NCBI GenBank assembly: GCA_965221125.1
Contig: CBDCRW010000005.1
Span: 224,001-288,000, forward strand
Length of the DNA: 64,000 nt
Origin: Alphaproteobacteria bacterium
Lineage (GTDB): Bacteria; Pseudomonadota; Alphaproteobacteria; UBA828
Reading direction: 5' to 3'
This document shows positions 1 through 10,076 of the stretch, one piece after another. The first letter of the stretch is position 1, and each line of letters starts with the position of its first letter. The position numbers and the translations under genes are program-made. The notes below the pieces were generated by a model. It searched no databases. It saw only the letters and a program-made list of their open reading frames with translations, and was not told where the DNA came from.

Positions 1-2651
1 CCCACCAGCTTGCGGGTGAGTCCCTTCGCGGCCTGCATCCGCACCGAGCGGATGCCGACGTGAAAGGGCTTCTTCTTGGCGAGCGCCCAGGCCATGTCAG
101 CCTCGTGGGGCGTGGTGAGGCCGTCGGTGTCCTGGCCGATGATGATGTGGCCCTTCTCCAGCCTGAGCAGCCGCTGCGCTTCGACGCCGAAGGGGCGGAT
201 GCCGTGCTCCCTGCCGGCGTCGGCCAGCGCGTCCCAGAGCGCCTCGCCCTGGCTCGCCGGCACGTGCAGCTCGTAGCCGAGCTCGCCGACGAAGCCCACG
301 CGAAGGAAGAGCGTGGGGATGCCGGCGACGTGGCCCTCGCGCACGCCCATGTAGGGAAAACCTTCCGGCGAGAGGTCGACATCGTCGCAGAGCTGCTCCA
401 GCACCGCGCGGCAGTTGGGGCCCGCGATGTTGACGCCGGCCAGCGCCGCGGTGACGTTGGTGACATCGACCTTGAGCCGCCACTGGGCGTTGTACCAGAG
501 CATCTCGCGGTAGACGTTGTCGACGCCCGACGTCGTCGCCGTGACGTAGAAGTGGTCCTCGTGCAGGCGGCAGGCGACGCCATCGTCCACCACAACGCCG
601 CCGAGGTCGGTCATCAGCACGTAGCGCGAGCGGCCCACCGGCTGCTTGAGGTAGGCGAAGGTGTACATGCGGTTCATGAACTCGGCCGCGTCCGGCCCGC
701 GCACATCGAGCCCGCCGAGGGTGGAGACATCGATGATGCCCACGTTGTCGCGGACGTTCTTGGCCTCCTCGCGGATCAGCACCTGGCGCCGGGCCTTGTC
801 GCCGTAGAACTCGGGCCGGAGCCAGAGGCCCGCCGGCATCATGGTGGCGCCGGCCTCCAGGTGGCGGAAGTGCATCGCGGTGTAGCGCACCGGCTCGAAG
901 CTGCGGCCCGCGAGATGGCCCATGGTGACCGGCACGATGGGCTGGCGCACCGTGGTGACGCCGGTCTCGTCGACGCTCCGCGACTTGGCGCGCGCGAGGA
1001 CTCGCACCGCGTTCAGCGAGGAGTGCCGGCCCTGCGAGGGGCCCATGCCGTTGGTGGTGAAGCGCTTGAGCAGCTCGACGTGGTCGTAGCCCTCGGCGAT
1101 GGCGTCTTCCAGGTCGTGGACCTGCACGTCCTCGTCGAGATCGACGAAGGCCTTGTGGTCGGGGTGCGGGAAGATCGGCCACGCGGCTTTCGATCCCGCC
1201 GGCGCCGCCTCGGCGGGCGCGGCGGGCTCGGGCCCTGCGTCGAGGCACGCGCACTGTGCCGCCTGCCAGCCGGCCCGGCGGCCCTCCGCCATCGCCGCAT
1301 CGAGGCCGGACGCGCCGGCCACCGCGCCCGCGGCGAAGACATCCGGGGGAAGGTCCGCGACGGTGGTCGCGCGGCGCGCGCTGTCGTAGGCGAAGGTAGC
1401 GCCCGCCTGGCGCAGCAGCGCCGCCGCCGGCGCCTGGCCGCCGCTGACCACCAGCAGGTCGCAGCTGAAGCTGTCGACGGAGGGCGCGCAGACGCCGTCC
1501 GCCTCGATCCGGGCGACGCGCACGCGGGCGAGCCGGGGCCCCTTGCGCTGGGGCACGGCCTCCCACGGCGCGGATGCGGCGTGGATCGGCACGCGGCGCG
1601 CGGCCAGGGTGTCGCTCATCGCGGTGCGCTGCGCCTCCATGCGGAGGTCGACCACGGCCGCCACCTCGACGCCCGCGTCCAGGAGGTCGAGGGCCGCGCC
1701 GTAGCCCTCGTCGTTCACCGTGGCGACCACGGCGCGGCGGCCGGGCTTCACGCCGTACAGCTTGATGAGGCGCTGCGCGGCCGAGGCCAGCATGACGCCC
1801 GGCAGGTCGTTGTTGCGGAAGACCAGCGGCTGCTCGAGCGCGCCGGTGGCCACCACCAGCGCCTTGGCGCGGAGCTTGTAGAGGCGGTTGCCGCGCACCA
1901 GCGGCAGCCAGTTGTCGGCGTAGCGGCCGAGGCACGCGGTCCCGGTCATCACCGAGATGCGTTCGGAGCCCTCGACCTCGCCCACGAGCCGGGCGCGCTC
2001 CTCTGCCGCGCGGAGGCCGCCGGCGTCCGGGCGGCCGTAGAGAAGCCCGCCGCCGAGCGCCGCGTTCTCGTCCACGAGCACGACCTCGGCGCCGGCCTGC
2101 GCCGCCTGCGCCGCCGCCGCCAGCCCCGCCGCGCCGCCACCCACCACGAGCACGTCGCAGAAGAGGTACTGCTTGTCGAAGTAGCCGTGCGGAGCATGGG
2201 TATCGACGCTGCCGAGGCCGGCGATGCGGCGGATCATCTTCGCCCAGAGCGGCCAGGTCCAGCGCGGCTTGTAAAACGCCTTGTAGTAGAAGCCGACGGG
2301 GAAGAAGCGGTGCAGCAGGCCGAACACCGCAAGCCGGTCGTGCCTGAGCGTGCCCCAATAATTCTGGCCCATGACCTCCAGATCGGGCGCGAGCGGCTCG
2401 CGGTCGGCGAAGCGGTTGGGCGCGGGGCCCACCTGCACCAGCGTGTTCGCATCGAGGCCCGAGAGCGAGTGGATGCCGCGCGGGCGGTGATACTTGAAGG
2501 AGCGCGACAGCACCGGGACGTCGTTGGCCGCCAGTGCGCTCGCCACCGTGTCGCCGCGATAGCCCTCGTACCGCTTGCCCTCGAAGCGGAAGGCGATGGG
2601 CTGCGAACGGTCGAGAAGGAGGCCGGCGGGCTCCGGCAGGCGCGCCATCAT
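1..2651 (-). CDS. soxA: Sarcosine oxidase alpha / N-methylglutamate dehydrogenase large subunit (GcvT-like C-terminus); runs off the left window edge
   Basis: Frame not in the ORF track: MMARLPEPAG...GDTVASAL...SRSFKYHRPRG, VLVVGGGAAG FAD motif, GMGPSQG and GcvT-like C-terminal part; ATGA overlap with the soxD stop. Confidence 0.85.
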   Translation of the reverse strand, partial: MMARLPEPAGLLLDRSQPIAFRFEGKRYEGYRGDTVASALAANDVPVLSRSFKYHRPRGIHSLSGLDANTLVQVGPAPNRFADREPLAPDLEVMGQNYWGTLRHDRLAVFGLLHRFFPVGFYYKAFYKPRWTWPLWAKMIRRIAGLGSVDTHAPHGYFDKQYLFCDVLVVGGGAAGLAAAAQAAQAGAEVVLVDENAALGGGLLYGRPDAGGLRAAEERARLVGEVEGSERISVMTGTACLGRYADNWLPLVRGNRLYKLRAKALVVATGALEQPLVFRNNDLPGVMLASAAQRLIKLYGVKPGRRAVVATVNDEGYGAALDLLDAGVEVAAVVDLRMEAQRTAMSDTLAARRVPIHAASAPWEAVPQRKGPRLARVRVARIEADGVCAPSVDSFSCDLLVVSGGQAPAAALLRQAGATFAYDSARRATTVADLPPDVFAAGAVAGASGLDAAMAEGRRAGWQAAQCACLDAGPEPAAPAEAAPAGSKAAWPIFPHPDHKAFVDLDEDVQVHDLEDAIAEGYDHVELLKRFTTNGMGPSQGRHSSLNAVRVLARAKSRSVDETGVTTVRQPIVPVTMGHLAGRSFEPVRYTAMHFRHLEAGATMMPAGLWLRPEFYGDKARRQVLIREEAKNVRDNVGIIDVSTLGGLDVRGPDAAEFMNRMYTFAYLKQPVGRSRYVLMTDLGGVVVDDGVACRLHEDHFYVTATTSGVDNVYREMLWYNAQWRLKVDVTNVTAALAGVNIAGPNCRAVLEQLCDDVDLSPEGFPYMGVREGHVAGIPTLFLRVGFVGELGYELHVPASQGEALWDALADAGREHGIRPFGVEAQRLLRLEKGHIIIGQDTDGLTTPHEADMAWALAKKKPFHVGIRSVRMQAAKGLTRKLV

Positions 2652-3118
2652 GTGGCGGGATCCTTGGGCTCGCTGGGAGCACTATCGCTTGCGGGCTCTT
2701 CGGCGGCAGGCGCGGCCTCGACAGCCTGCGGCTGCGGCTCGGGGGCGGGCGGCGCCTCGGGCGCTTCGGGTGCGGCCTCCTTCGGCGGCTCGGGCCTGGC
2801 CTCGGCCGGCGCGGGCGTAGCCTCGGGCGGGGGCGCCAGCGGCTCGAAGTCGACGCGCTCGCCAAAAACCTCGCTGGCCGGATAGGTGGTCAAAATCTCG
2901 TCGGTCACCGTGTTGCGCTCGGCGATGAACCAGTAGGACGTGGCGACGTGGCACCACCACTCGCGCACCACGCCGGCCACGTTCTCCTCCAGCCACACAT
3001 ACGCCGCCCATTCTTCGTCCGAGCAGCGGTTGGGATCGGGATGCGGCTCGACCGGGCCGGCGCAGACGAACTCCTGGATGTTGCGCGGCCCGTTGAGCGG
3101 ACAGGGCATGATCTTCAT
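2648..3118 (-). CDS. soxD: Sarcosine oxidase delta / MgdB-like subunit with Pro/Ala/Glu-rich tail
   Basis: MKIMPCPLNGPRNIQEF...EWWCH...ERNTVTDEI motif; lies between beta and alpha subunits. Confidence 0.88.
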   Translation of the reverse strand: MKIMPCPLNGPRNIQEFVCAGPVEPHPDPNRCSDEEWAAYVWLEENVAGVVREWWCHVATSYWFIAERNTVTDEILTTYPASEVFGERVDFEPLAPPPEATPAPAEARPEPPKEAAPEAPEAPPAPEPQPQAVEAAPAAEEPASDSAPSEPKDPAT

Positions 3119-3133
3119 CGGCGCGCCCCTGCC

Positions 3134-4375
3134 CTAGTGCCCGACCGAGGCCGCGCCCTTCTCGCCCAGCAGCGAGAAGTCGCGGAAGCGATCGAGACGG
3201 AACGTCCTGATCAGCTCGGGCACGCGGCCGGTCGCGATCATCTCCGCCATGGTGGTGCCGCAGACCGGCGTCGCCTTGAAGCCCCAGGTGCCCCAGCCGG
3301 AATCGATGTAGTAGTTCTCGACCGGGGTGAGCCCCATGACCGGCGCGAAGTCCGGCGTCATGTCGGTCATCCCGGCCCACTGGCGCAGCACCGGCACGTC
3401 GCCCATGAAGGGGAAGAGCTCCAGGATGTGCGCCATCAGCCCTTCCATGAAGTCGAGCGTCGACGAGGTCTGGTAGCGCGGGTAGGGATCGGTGGCGCCC
3501 CCCATCACCAGCTCGCCCCGGTCCGACTGCGAGATGTAGACGTGCAGGCTGCCCGAGACGATGATCGGGTCGAGAAAGGGTTTTAAAGGCAGCGAGACGC
3601 AGGCCTGCAGCGGCACGGTGCGGATCGGCAGCGTGAAGCCGGCAAGCCGCGCGACCTGGCCGCTCAGCCCCGCCACCGCCTGCATCGCCTTGCCGCAGGC
3701 GACCGGCCCCCGCGTGGTCTCGAGCCCCGTGACGCGGCCGTTCTCGATCTTGATGCCCGTGACCTCGGTCTCCTGGTGGATCTCGACGCCAAGCTCCTGC
3801 GCGCGCCCGGCATAGCCCCAGGCGATGGCATCGTGGCGGGCCAGCGCGCCCGGCGGATGATAGAGCGCGCCGAGCACCGGGTGGCGGACGTCTTCAGACA
3901 TGTTGAGCAGCGGCACCAGCCGGGCCAGCTCCTCGCGCCCCACCACCTCGGAATCGACGCCGAGGTGCTTGTTCACCTCGGCCCGCCAGCGCGAGGTGCG
4001 CATGGCCGCGTCGGAATGCGCGAGGGTGAAGTGCCCGCGCTCGGAATAGAGGATGTTGTAGTCGAGCTCCTCGCTGAGGCCCCGGTAGAGCCGCATCGAT
4101 TCCTCGTAGAACCTGACCCCTTCCGGCGTCAGGTAGTTGGAGCGGATGATGGCGGTGTTGCGCCCGGTGTTGCCGCCACCGAGCCAGCCCTTGTCGAACA
4201 CGGCGACGTTGCGCACGCCGTGCCGCGCCGCGAGGTAGTAGGCGGCCGCGAGCCCGTGGCCGCCGCCGCCGATGATGGCGACGTCGTAGCTCGGCCTAAG
4301 CTCCGGCCGGGCGCCGAGGAAGCGCTTCACCGGCCGGCGCCGGGAGAGGCCGTATTTCAGGAGGCCGAACGCCAT
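3134..4375 (-). CDS. soxB: Sarcosine oxidase beta / MgdA-like FAD subunit
   Basis: IIGGGGHGLA, GGGNTGRNT, GWGTWGFKATP, C-terminal EKGAASVGH. Confidence 0.9.
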   Translation of the reverse strand: MAFGLLKYGLSRRRPVKRFLGARPELRPSYDVAIIGGGGHGLAAAYYLAARHGVRNVAVFDKGWLGGGNTGRNTAIIRSNYLTPEGVRFYEESMRLYRGLSEELDYNILYSERGHFTLAHSDAAMRTSRWRAEVNKHLGVDSEVVGREELARLVPLLNMSEDVRHPVLGALYHPPGALARHDAIAWGYAGRAQELGVEIHQETEVTGIKIENGRVTGLETTRGPVACGKAMQAVAGLSGQVARLAGFTLPIRTVPLQACVSLPLKPFLDPIIVSGSLHVYISQSDRGELVMGGATDPYPRYQTSSTLDFMEGLMAHILELFPFMGDVPVLRQWAGMTDMTPDFAPVMGLTPVENYYIDSGWGTWGFKATPVCGTTMAEMIATGRVPELIRTFRLDRFRDFSLLGEKGAASVGH

Positions 4376-4447
4376 GGTTCGCCGTCGTCGCTAAAATGCT
4401 CGCGGTTGATAGGCCGATTTGCGTGACGCGGCAAGAACTTGTCGTCG

Positions 4448-5410
4448 TTATTGGTCCGACCGCTCGGCCTCGTAGCGGGCGGCCTGCTCGCGCAGCCCCC
4501 GCGCGGTGCCGGCGTTGATGAGGACTAGGCTCAGCACCAGCACGGCGACCGCCGCCCACACCCAGTGGCTCAGCGCCGCGCCGAAGAAGATGCTGGCCCA
4601 GAAGATGCCGGCGGCGACGACGACGTAGTTGAGCTGCGCGAAGAAGAGCGCGCCGGCGCGGCGCACGATCTCGAAGAAGCAGCTGTAGGTGATCGCTTGG
4701 CCCGCCGTGGCCCAGAGCAGGCCCCAGAGGCCGGAGGACGCGGCGTCGGTCGGCAGGAAGAACGTCGCGCCTTCGGCGAGCATCACGACGAGCAGCAGGA
4801 GCGCCGCCGTGATCATCATGCCGCCGCAGAGCGCGAACGCGCTCACGCCCACCGGCGAGAAGCGCGCGCCCGCGACATTGTTCACCGCCGCGGACAGCGG
4901 CATCAGCAGCGAGAACAGCACCCACACCCAGGCGCCCGCGACCGGCAGGCTGCCCGTGGGCACGACGATGAGCAGGATGCCGCCGAAGCCGAGCAACACG
5001 CCGGCGACGCTGAGCCAGCGGAAGCGGTCGAATCGGAGCACGAGGGTGAGCGAGTACGTGGCCGCCGGGATCAGCGCGGCGCAGAGCGTGAGCACCGCCG
5101 GCGGCAGCCGGTCGGCAACGTAGGTGACGACGAGCAGGGGCCCGAGGAAGCCGAAGACCGCGACCAGCGCGAAGACGCGCAGGTTCTCGCGGCGGAGCGA
5201 CGGCAGCTTGGAGAAGACCGCGGACAGCGCCAGCGTGACCACGCCCGCGAACAGCGCCTGCCAGAACGAATACGCGATGAAGGGGAAGCCCGCGTCGATG
5301 GCGATCTTGTTGGCGGTGAACAGGCTGCCGTAGGAGATGCCGCCCAATAGCAGCAGCACCGTCGGCAGCAGGAGCTTGCTCTGGCGCAGGTCTTGGAGCG
5401 ACCAGCTCAT
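4448..5410 (-). CDS. DMT/EamA family transporter
   Basis: About 10 hydrophobic helices with GVLLGFGGI and two-repeat EamA layout. Confidence 0.8.
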   Translation of the reverse strand: MSWSLQDLRQSKLLLPTVLLLLGGISYGSLFTANKIAIDAGFPFIAYSFWQALFAGVVTLALSAVFSKLPSLRRENLRVFALVAVFGFLGPLLVVTYVADRLPPAVLTLCAALIPAATYSLTLVLRFDRFRWLSVAGVLLGFGGILLIVVPTGSLPVAGAWVWVLFSLLMPLSAAVNNVAGARFSPVGVSAFALCGGMMITAALLLLVVMLAEGATFFLPTDAASSGLWGLLWATAGQAITYSCFFEIVRRAGALFFAQLNYVVVAAGIFWASIFFGAALSHWVWAAVAVLVLSLVLINAGTARGLREQAARYEAERSDQ

Positions 5411-5535
5411 GGCCCAGGCTCGCGCACGGCAGCCCGGCGTGCGTTCCGATCCGGGAGGTGGGATGACATGAAGAGGCGGGACGGGGCGGCTCGCGCCGGC
5501 CGTTCAGCCCGTGCTCGCGAGCGAGGGCGGCGGCG

Positions 5536-5610
5536 TGGTGGGCGCTGATGGATTTGAACCATCGACCTCTTGCATGTCAAGCAAGCGCTCTCCCCCTGAG
5601 CTAAGCGCCC
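5536..5610 (-). tRNA. tRNA-Val(GAC)
   Basis: Reverse complement GGGCGCTTAGCTCAGGGGGAGAGCGCTTGCTT-GAC-ATGCAAGAGGTCGATGGTTCAAATCCATCAGCGCCCACCA forms a cloverleaf with encoded CCA. Confidence 0.96.
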
Positions 5611-5705
5611 GTGCCGCGGTGCGCGAGATTGCCATCGTGCGCGCGGCGTTGGCAAGGCCGGGCGCACGGATGACAGGGCCGGCCTTTTGCTCTAAACCGC
5701 GAGGG

Positions 5706-6623
5706 ATGAGCCGAGGACGACCAAACGCCCGGCGACGCCGCGAGGAGCCCCCGCCGGAGGCCGTCAACGGGGTCATCGACGTCCGCCTGCCGCAGCACCA
5801 GACGGCGCCGCTCATCCTCGCCTCCCCTCACAGCGGCAACGATTACGACCCCGCGTTCATCGCGAGCTCCCGGCTCGACGAGAAGAGCCTGCGCCGCTCC
5901 GAGGACAGCTTCGTCGACGAGATCTTCGCGGGTGCGCCGGAGAGCGGCGCACCGCTCCTCTGCGCGCTCTACCCCCGCGCCTACCTGGACCCCAACCGCG
6001 AGCCTTACGAGCTCGACCCCGAGATGTTCTGCGAGCCGCTCCCGAGCCACGTGAAGACGCGCTCCGACCGGGTGCGCGCCGGCTTCGGCACCATCGCCCG
6101 CATGGTCGCCTCGGGCGCTGAGATATACGCCGGCAAGATGTCCTACGCCGAGGCCGAGCGGCGCATCGACACGCTCTACCGCCCCTATCACCGGGCGCTC
6201 GAAGGGCTGATCGAGGCGACGCTCAGGGACTTCGGCGCGGCCTTCCTGCTCGACTGCCACTCGATGCCCTCGGTGGGCGGGCCGACGGACCGGGACCGCG
6301 GCACGCCGCGCCCCGACATCGTGCTCGGCGACCGCTTCGGCGCCTCGTGCACGCCTTCCGTGGTCGAGGCGGCGGAGCGCATCCTGCGCGATCTGGGCTT
6401 CTCGGTGCGGCGCAACGAGCCCTACGCCGGCGCGTTTACCACCTCCCACTACGGCCAGCCGGGAAAACGCGTCCACGCGCTGCAGATCGAGGTCAACCGC
6501 CGCCTCTACATGAACGAGGCCACGGTCGCCCGCTCGCGCGACCTGCCCGGGCTGAGGCGCAAGATGACCGGCTTCATCGCCGCCATGGCGGAAGAGAGCC
6601 TCGCGCTGGTCGAGACGCTCTGA
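5706..6623 (+). CDS. N-formylglutamate amidohydrolase family protein
   Basis: ASPHSG, RRSED, DCHSMPS, DIVLGDRFG, HALQIEVNR motifs; start uncertain (5670 or 5706). Confidence 0.88.
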   Translation: MSRGRPNARRRREEPPPEAVNGVIDVRLPQHQTAPLILASPHSGNDYDPAFIASSRLDEKSLRRSEDSFVDEIFAGAPESGAPLLCALYPRAYLDPNREPYELDPEMFCEPLPSHVKTRSDRVRAGFGTIARMVASGAEIYAGKMSYAEAERRIDTLYRPYHRALEGLIEATLRDFGAAFLLDCHSMPSVGGPTDRDRGTPRPDIVLGDRFGASCTPSVVEAAERILRDLGFSVRRNEPYAGAFTTSHYGQPGKRVHALQIEVNRRLYMNEATVARSRDLPGLRRKMTGFIAAMAEESLALVETL

Positions 6624-6717
6624 GCGTGCCACCCATCTGTTGAACGGGCACGATGCCTGGAATTATGATGGCCGCGCGGCGGCACGGGGCCGCCAGGCAA
6701 CTCGCAGGGAGCAGACC

Positions 6718-7965
6718 ATGAGACTGAGCCGCAGACAGTTCTTCCAAGCCGCATCCGGCGCGCTGGCCTTCGCCAGCTTGCCTCATGTTCTGCGACGCGC
6801 CGGCATCGCTGCCGAGGACCCGATCAAGGTCGGCAACATCCTCGACCGCACCGGCATCCTCAACATCTACAGCCTGAAGCAGATCCAGGCGACGGCGATG
6901 GCGGTGGACGAGATCAACGCCGCCGGCGGCCTGCTGGGCCGGCCGCTGGAGCTGGTGTTCTACGATTCCCAGTCCGACGGCCAGTACAACTCCCAGTACG
7001 TCACCGAAGCCCTGGTCAAGGACAAGTGCGTGGTGGTGCACGGCGGCATCACCAGCTCCTCGCGCGAGGTGATGCGCCCCATCGTCAACCGCTTCAAGGG
7101 GCTGCTCTTCTACAACTCCCTCTACGAGGGGGGCGTCTGCGACCGCCGGCATGTTTCCACCGGCATGGTGCCGGCGCAGCAGCTCGAGCCGCTGTTCGAC
7201 TACGTGGTGAGCGAGCTCGGCGGCAAGCGCACCTATATCCTCGCGGCCGACTACAACTACGGCCACATCACGTCCAAGTGGATGCAGAAGTTCACCCGCG
7301 ACAACGGCGGCGAGGACCTGGCGGTCGAGTTCTTCCCCCTCGACGTCACCAACTTCCAGCCGGCGATCTCGCGCATCCAGGCGGCGAAGCCGGACGTGGT
7401 GATGTCGGCGCTGGTGGGCGGCGCGCACATCGCCTTCTACCGCCAGTTCGAGGCCTCCATCGGCAAGGACAACATGATGCTCGCCTCGGGCTCCTATGGC
7501 GTGGGCCTGGAGCACACCCAGCTCAGCCCCGAGGAGGGCAACGGCATCATCCTCGCCACCTCCTTCGTGGACGACCTCGACACCGACGCGGCGCGGGACT
7601 TCGTGAGCCGCTTCCACGCGTATACGGGCGATACCGGCTACGTGGGCGAGTACGGCGAGTACGGCGAGCGCGGGGTCAAGGTCTGGGCCGAGGCGGTGCG
7701 CCAGGCGGGCGATGCCAGCCCCGACGCGGTGATCGAGGCGCTGGCGTCCTCCAACGTCAGCGTCGCCGGCGCGGGCGGGCAGTACACGGTCGACGGGCAG
7801 ACCAACCACACGACCATGGACATCCACATCGTGCGCGGGAACATGAGCCAGACCTTCGACGTGATCCGCTCGTTCTCGCAGCGCCCGCCGCTGGATACGC
7901 AGCAGGTCTGCGACCTGCACGCGAACCCCGACGACAAGACCCAGTACGAGGTCGAGGTCGAGTAG
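6718..7965 (+). CDS. Urea/amide-type ABC transporter substrate-binding protein (UrtA/FmdD/AmiC-like) with Tat signal
   Basis: SRRQFF twin-arginine signal; INAAGGLLGR, TSSSRE, YNSLYEGG, ADYNYG. Confidence 0.85.
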   Translation: MRLSRRQFFQAASGALAFASLPHVLRRAGIAAEDPIKVGNILDRTGILNIYSLKQIQATAMAVDEINAAGGLLGRPLELVFYDSQSDGQYNSQYVTEALVKDKCVVVHGGITSSSREVMRPIVNRFKGLLFYNSLYEGGVCDRRHVSTGMVPAQQLEPLFDYVVSELGGKRTYILAADYNYGHITSKWMQKFTRDNGGEDLAVEFFPLDVTNFQPAISRIQAAKPDVVMSALVGGAHIAFYRQFEASIGKDNMMLASGSYGVGLEHTQLSPEEGNGIILATSFVDDLDTDAARDFVSRFHAYTGDTGYVGEYGEYGERGVKVWAEAVRQAGDASPDAVIEALASSNVSVAGAGGQYTVDGQTNHTTMDIHIVRGNMSQTFDVIRSFSQRPPLDTQQVCDLHANPDDKTQYEVEVE

Positions 7966-8105
7966 GCGACGCGGCGTCACGACGACGGTTTCGTAGCCGG
8001 GACGCAGGCTCCGTCGGCGGCGGGGATCGCCGCCGGCGGAGCGTCTCGCGTTCGCGGATGCGCATCCCGGCCCGGCCGGCCTTGCCGGGGCGGCGGGAGT
8101 GAGCG

Positions 8106-8966
8106 GTGGATCAGGTCGCGAACTATCTCTTCCAGATCGGCTTTTCCTTCTCGATCTTCATCCTGATCAGCCTCGGGCTCGCGGTCATCTTCGGGATGAT
8201 GCGGGTCATCAACCTGGCGCAGGGCGAGTTCCTCATGCTCGGCGCCTACTTCTGCACCCTCGCCAACCAGGCCGGCATCAACCTCTGGCTCTCGTTCATC
8301 CTGGCGGCGCTCGCCGTGGGCGTCTTCGGCATCATCGTCGAGCGCCTGGTCATCCAGTGGCTCTACGGCCGCATCATCGACACGCTGCTGGCCACCTGGG
8401 GGCTCAGCCTGCTGCTGGTGGGGGGCGTGACCACCATCTTCGGGCCGCAGACCGAGAGCGTGGCAGCGCCCCTCGGCAACGTGCAGGTGGGCGCCTTCGG
8501 CTTCCCCATCTACGGCCTCGTGATGATGGCGATCGCCGTGGTCCTGCTGGGCGCGGTCTACGCCTTCTGGCGCTTCACCCGCTTCGGGCTGATCGTGCGT
8601 GGCACCATGCAGAACCCGAACATCTCCGCCGCCCTCGGGGTCAACCGCAGCCTCGTCTACATGCTGACCTTCGCCTTCGGCTCCGCGCTCACCGGGCTCG
8701 CCGGCGCGGTGCTGGCGCCCATCGTCGGCGCGTATCCCACGCTCGGCATCGTCTACATCGCCAAGGCCTTCATCACGGTCATCACCGGCGGCCACCTGCC
8801 ACTGATCGGCACGGTGAGCGCGTCCGGCCTCTTCAGCACCATCGACGGCATCGTCGCCACCGTCTCCAGCTCGGTGATCGGCGAGATGACCGTGCTGTTC
8901 GTCGCCATAATCCTGCTCCGGCTGCTGCCGCTCGGCATCACCGGGCGCATGACGCGCGGGGTCTGA
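8106..8966 (+). CDS. ABC permease (UrtB/LivH-like)
   Basis: GLAVIFGMMRVINLAQGEFLMLGAY. Confidence 0.88.
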   Translation: MDQVANYLFQIGFSFSIFILISLGLAVIFGMMRVINLAQGEFLMLGAYFCTLANQAGINLWLSFILAALAVGVFGIIVERLVIQWLYGRIIDTLLATWGLSLLLVGGVTTIFGPQTESVAAPLGNVQVGAFGFPIYGLVMMAIAVVLLGAVYAFWRFTRFGLIVRGTMQNPNISAALGVNRSLVYMLTFAFGSALTGLAGAVLAPIVGAYPTLGIVYIAKAFITVITGGHLPLIGTVSASGLFSTIDGIVATVSSSVIGEMTVLFVAIILLRLLPLGITGRMTRGV

Positions 8967-8969
8967 GCG

Positions 8970-10076
8970 ATGATCCACGGCATCGTCGCCATGCAGCATT
9001 CGAGCGAGAAGCCCAAGTGGTGGTGGTGGGCCTTCGTCGCCGCTCTCGCGGCCTTCTTCATCACCATGCCCTTCCACCTGGAGATCTTCGTCATCCTCGA
9101 GATGTCGCGCTTCTTCGGGATGGCGATGCTGGCGCTCAGCATGGGCTTCCTCTGGGGCTTCAGCGGCATCCTGAGCTTCGGGCAGACGGCGTTCTTCGGC
9201 CTCGGCGGCTACGGCTTCACCGTGCTCGCGCTGAATACGGGGGAGACCACGGGCTCGGTCTTCTTCGCCGTGGCGCTGGGCGCGGCCGGCGCGGGCATCC
9301 TCGGCTACTTCATGATCTACGGCCGCATCAGCGAGATCTATCTGAGCGTCATCACCCTCGTCTTCACGCTGATCCTGGAGAAGGGCATCCGCGCCACCTC
9401 GGGCGATCAGTACGTCATCGGCAAGGTGCGGCTGAACGGCCAGAACGGCATCCCCACCGTGCCGCAGCTCGACGTGCCGTGGAACCCGAGCGTTCAGCTC
9501 GACATCAACTGGTTCTTCTGGGTGGGCGCCGTGCTCATGATCCTGGTCTACATCGGGCTCCGCATGATCCTGACCACGCCCTTCGGCCGCGTGCTGGTCG
9601 GCATCCGCGAGAACGAGCGGAGGACCGAGCTGCTCGGCTACGACACCCGGCGCTACAAGCTCGCGGCCTTCATGCTGGCGGGCGGCGTGGCCGGGCTCGG
9701 CGGCGCGCTCTACGCCATCTCGATCCCGCTGGCGCACCCGGAGATGTTCAGCCTGGGCCGCGCGGCGGACGTCATCATGTGGGTGCTGGTGGGCGGCAAG
9801 GGCACGCTGATCGGCCCCATCGCGGGCGTCTTCGCCATCGAGCACTTCAAGGGCTGGCTGGGCACGCAAGGCGTGGGGCAAGTGACGCTGGTGCTGGGCG
9901 CGGTGCTGATCCTCTTCGTGCTCGTCTTCCAGCGGGGCCTCGTGCCGAGCATCGGCTCCCTGCCGGCGCTGTGGCAGGACCGCGCCTCGATCGGGCGGCG
10001 GCTGGGGGAGGTCGCGGCGGACGTCCGCGCGCCGATGCGGCGCCGGGCGCGGCCCCGCCGGGAAGGCCGGTCATGA
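8970..10076 (+). CDS. ABC permease (UrtC/LivM-like)
   Basis: WGFSGILSFGQTAFFGLGGY, GIRENERR, VGGKGTLIGP. Confidence 0.88.
   Translation: MIHGIVAMQHSSEKPKWWWWAFVAALAAFFITMPFHLEIFVILEMSRFFGMAMLALSMGFLWGFSGILSFGQTAFFGLGGYGFTVLALNTGETTGSVFFAVALGAAGAGILGYFMIYGRISEIYLSVITLVFTLILEKGIRATSGDQYVIGKVRLNGQNGIPTVPQLDVPWNPSVQLDINWFFWVGAVLMILVYIGLRMILTTPFGRVLVGIRENERRTELLGYDTRRYKLAAFMLAGGVAGLGGALYAISIPLAHPEMFSLGRAADVIMWVLVGGKGTLIGPIAGVFAIEHFKGWLGTQGVGQVTLVLGAVLILFVLVFQRGLVPSIGSLPALWQDRASIGRRLGEVAADVRAPMRRRARPRREGRS

Noticed and set aside
60-2885. Very long alternative ORFs (60-2885 +, 97-2865 -, 33502-36387 -, 48457-50901 + and similar)
   Set aside because: Shadow or off-frame ORFs caused by high GC; they lack motifs and overlap well-supported genes
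5536-5610. tRNA-Val as the integration site of the zinc island
   Set aside because: It is 6 kb away and no duplicate of its 3' end was seen
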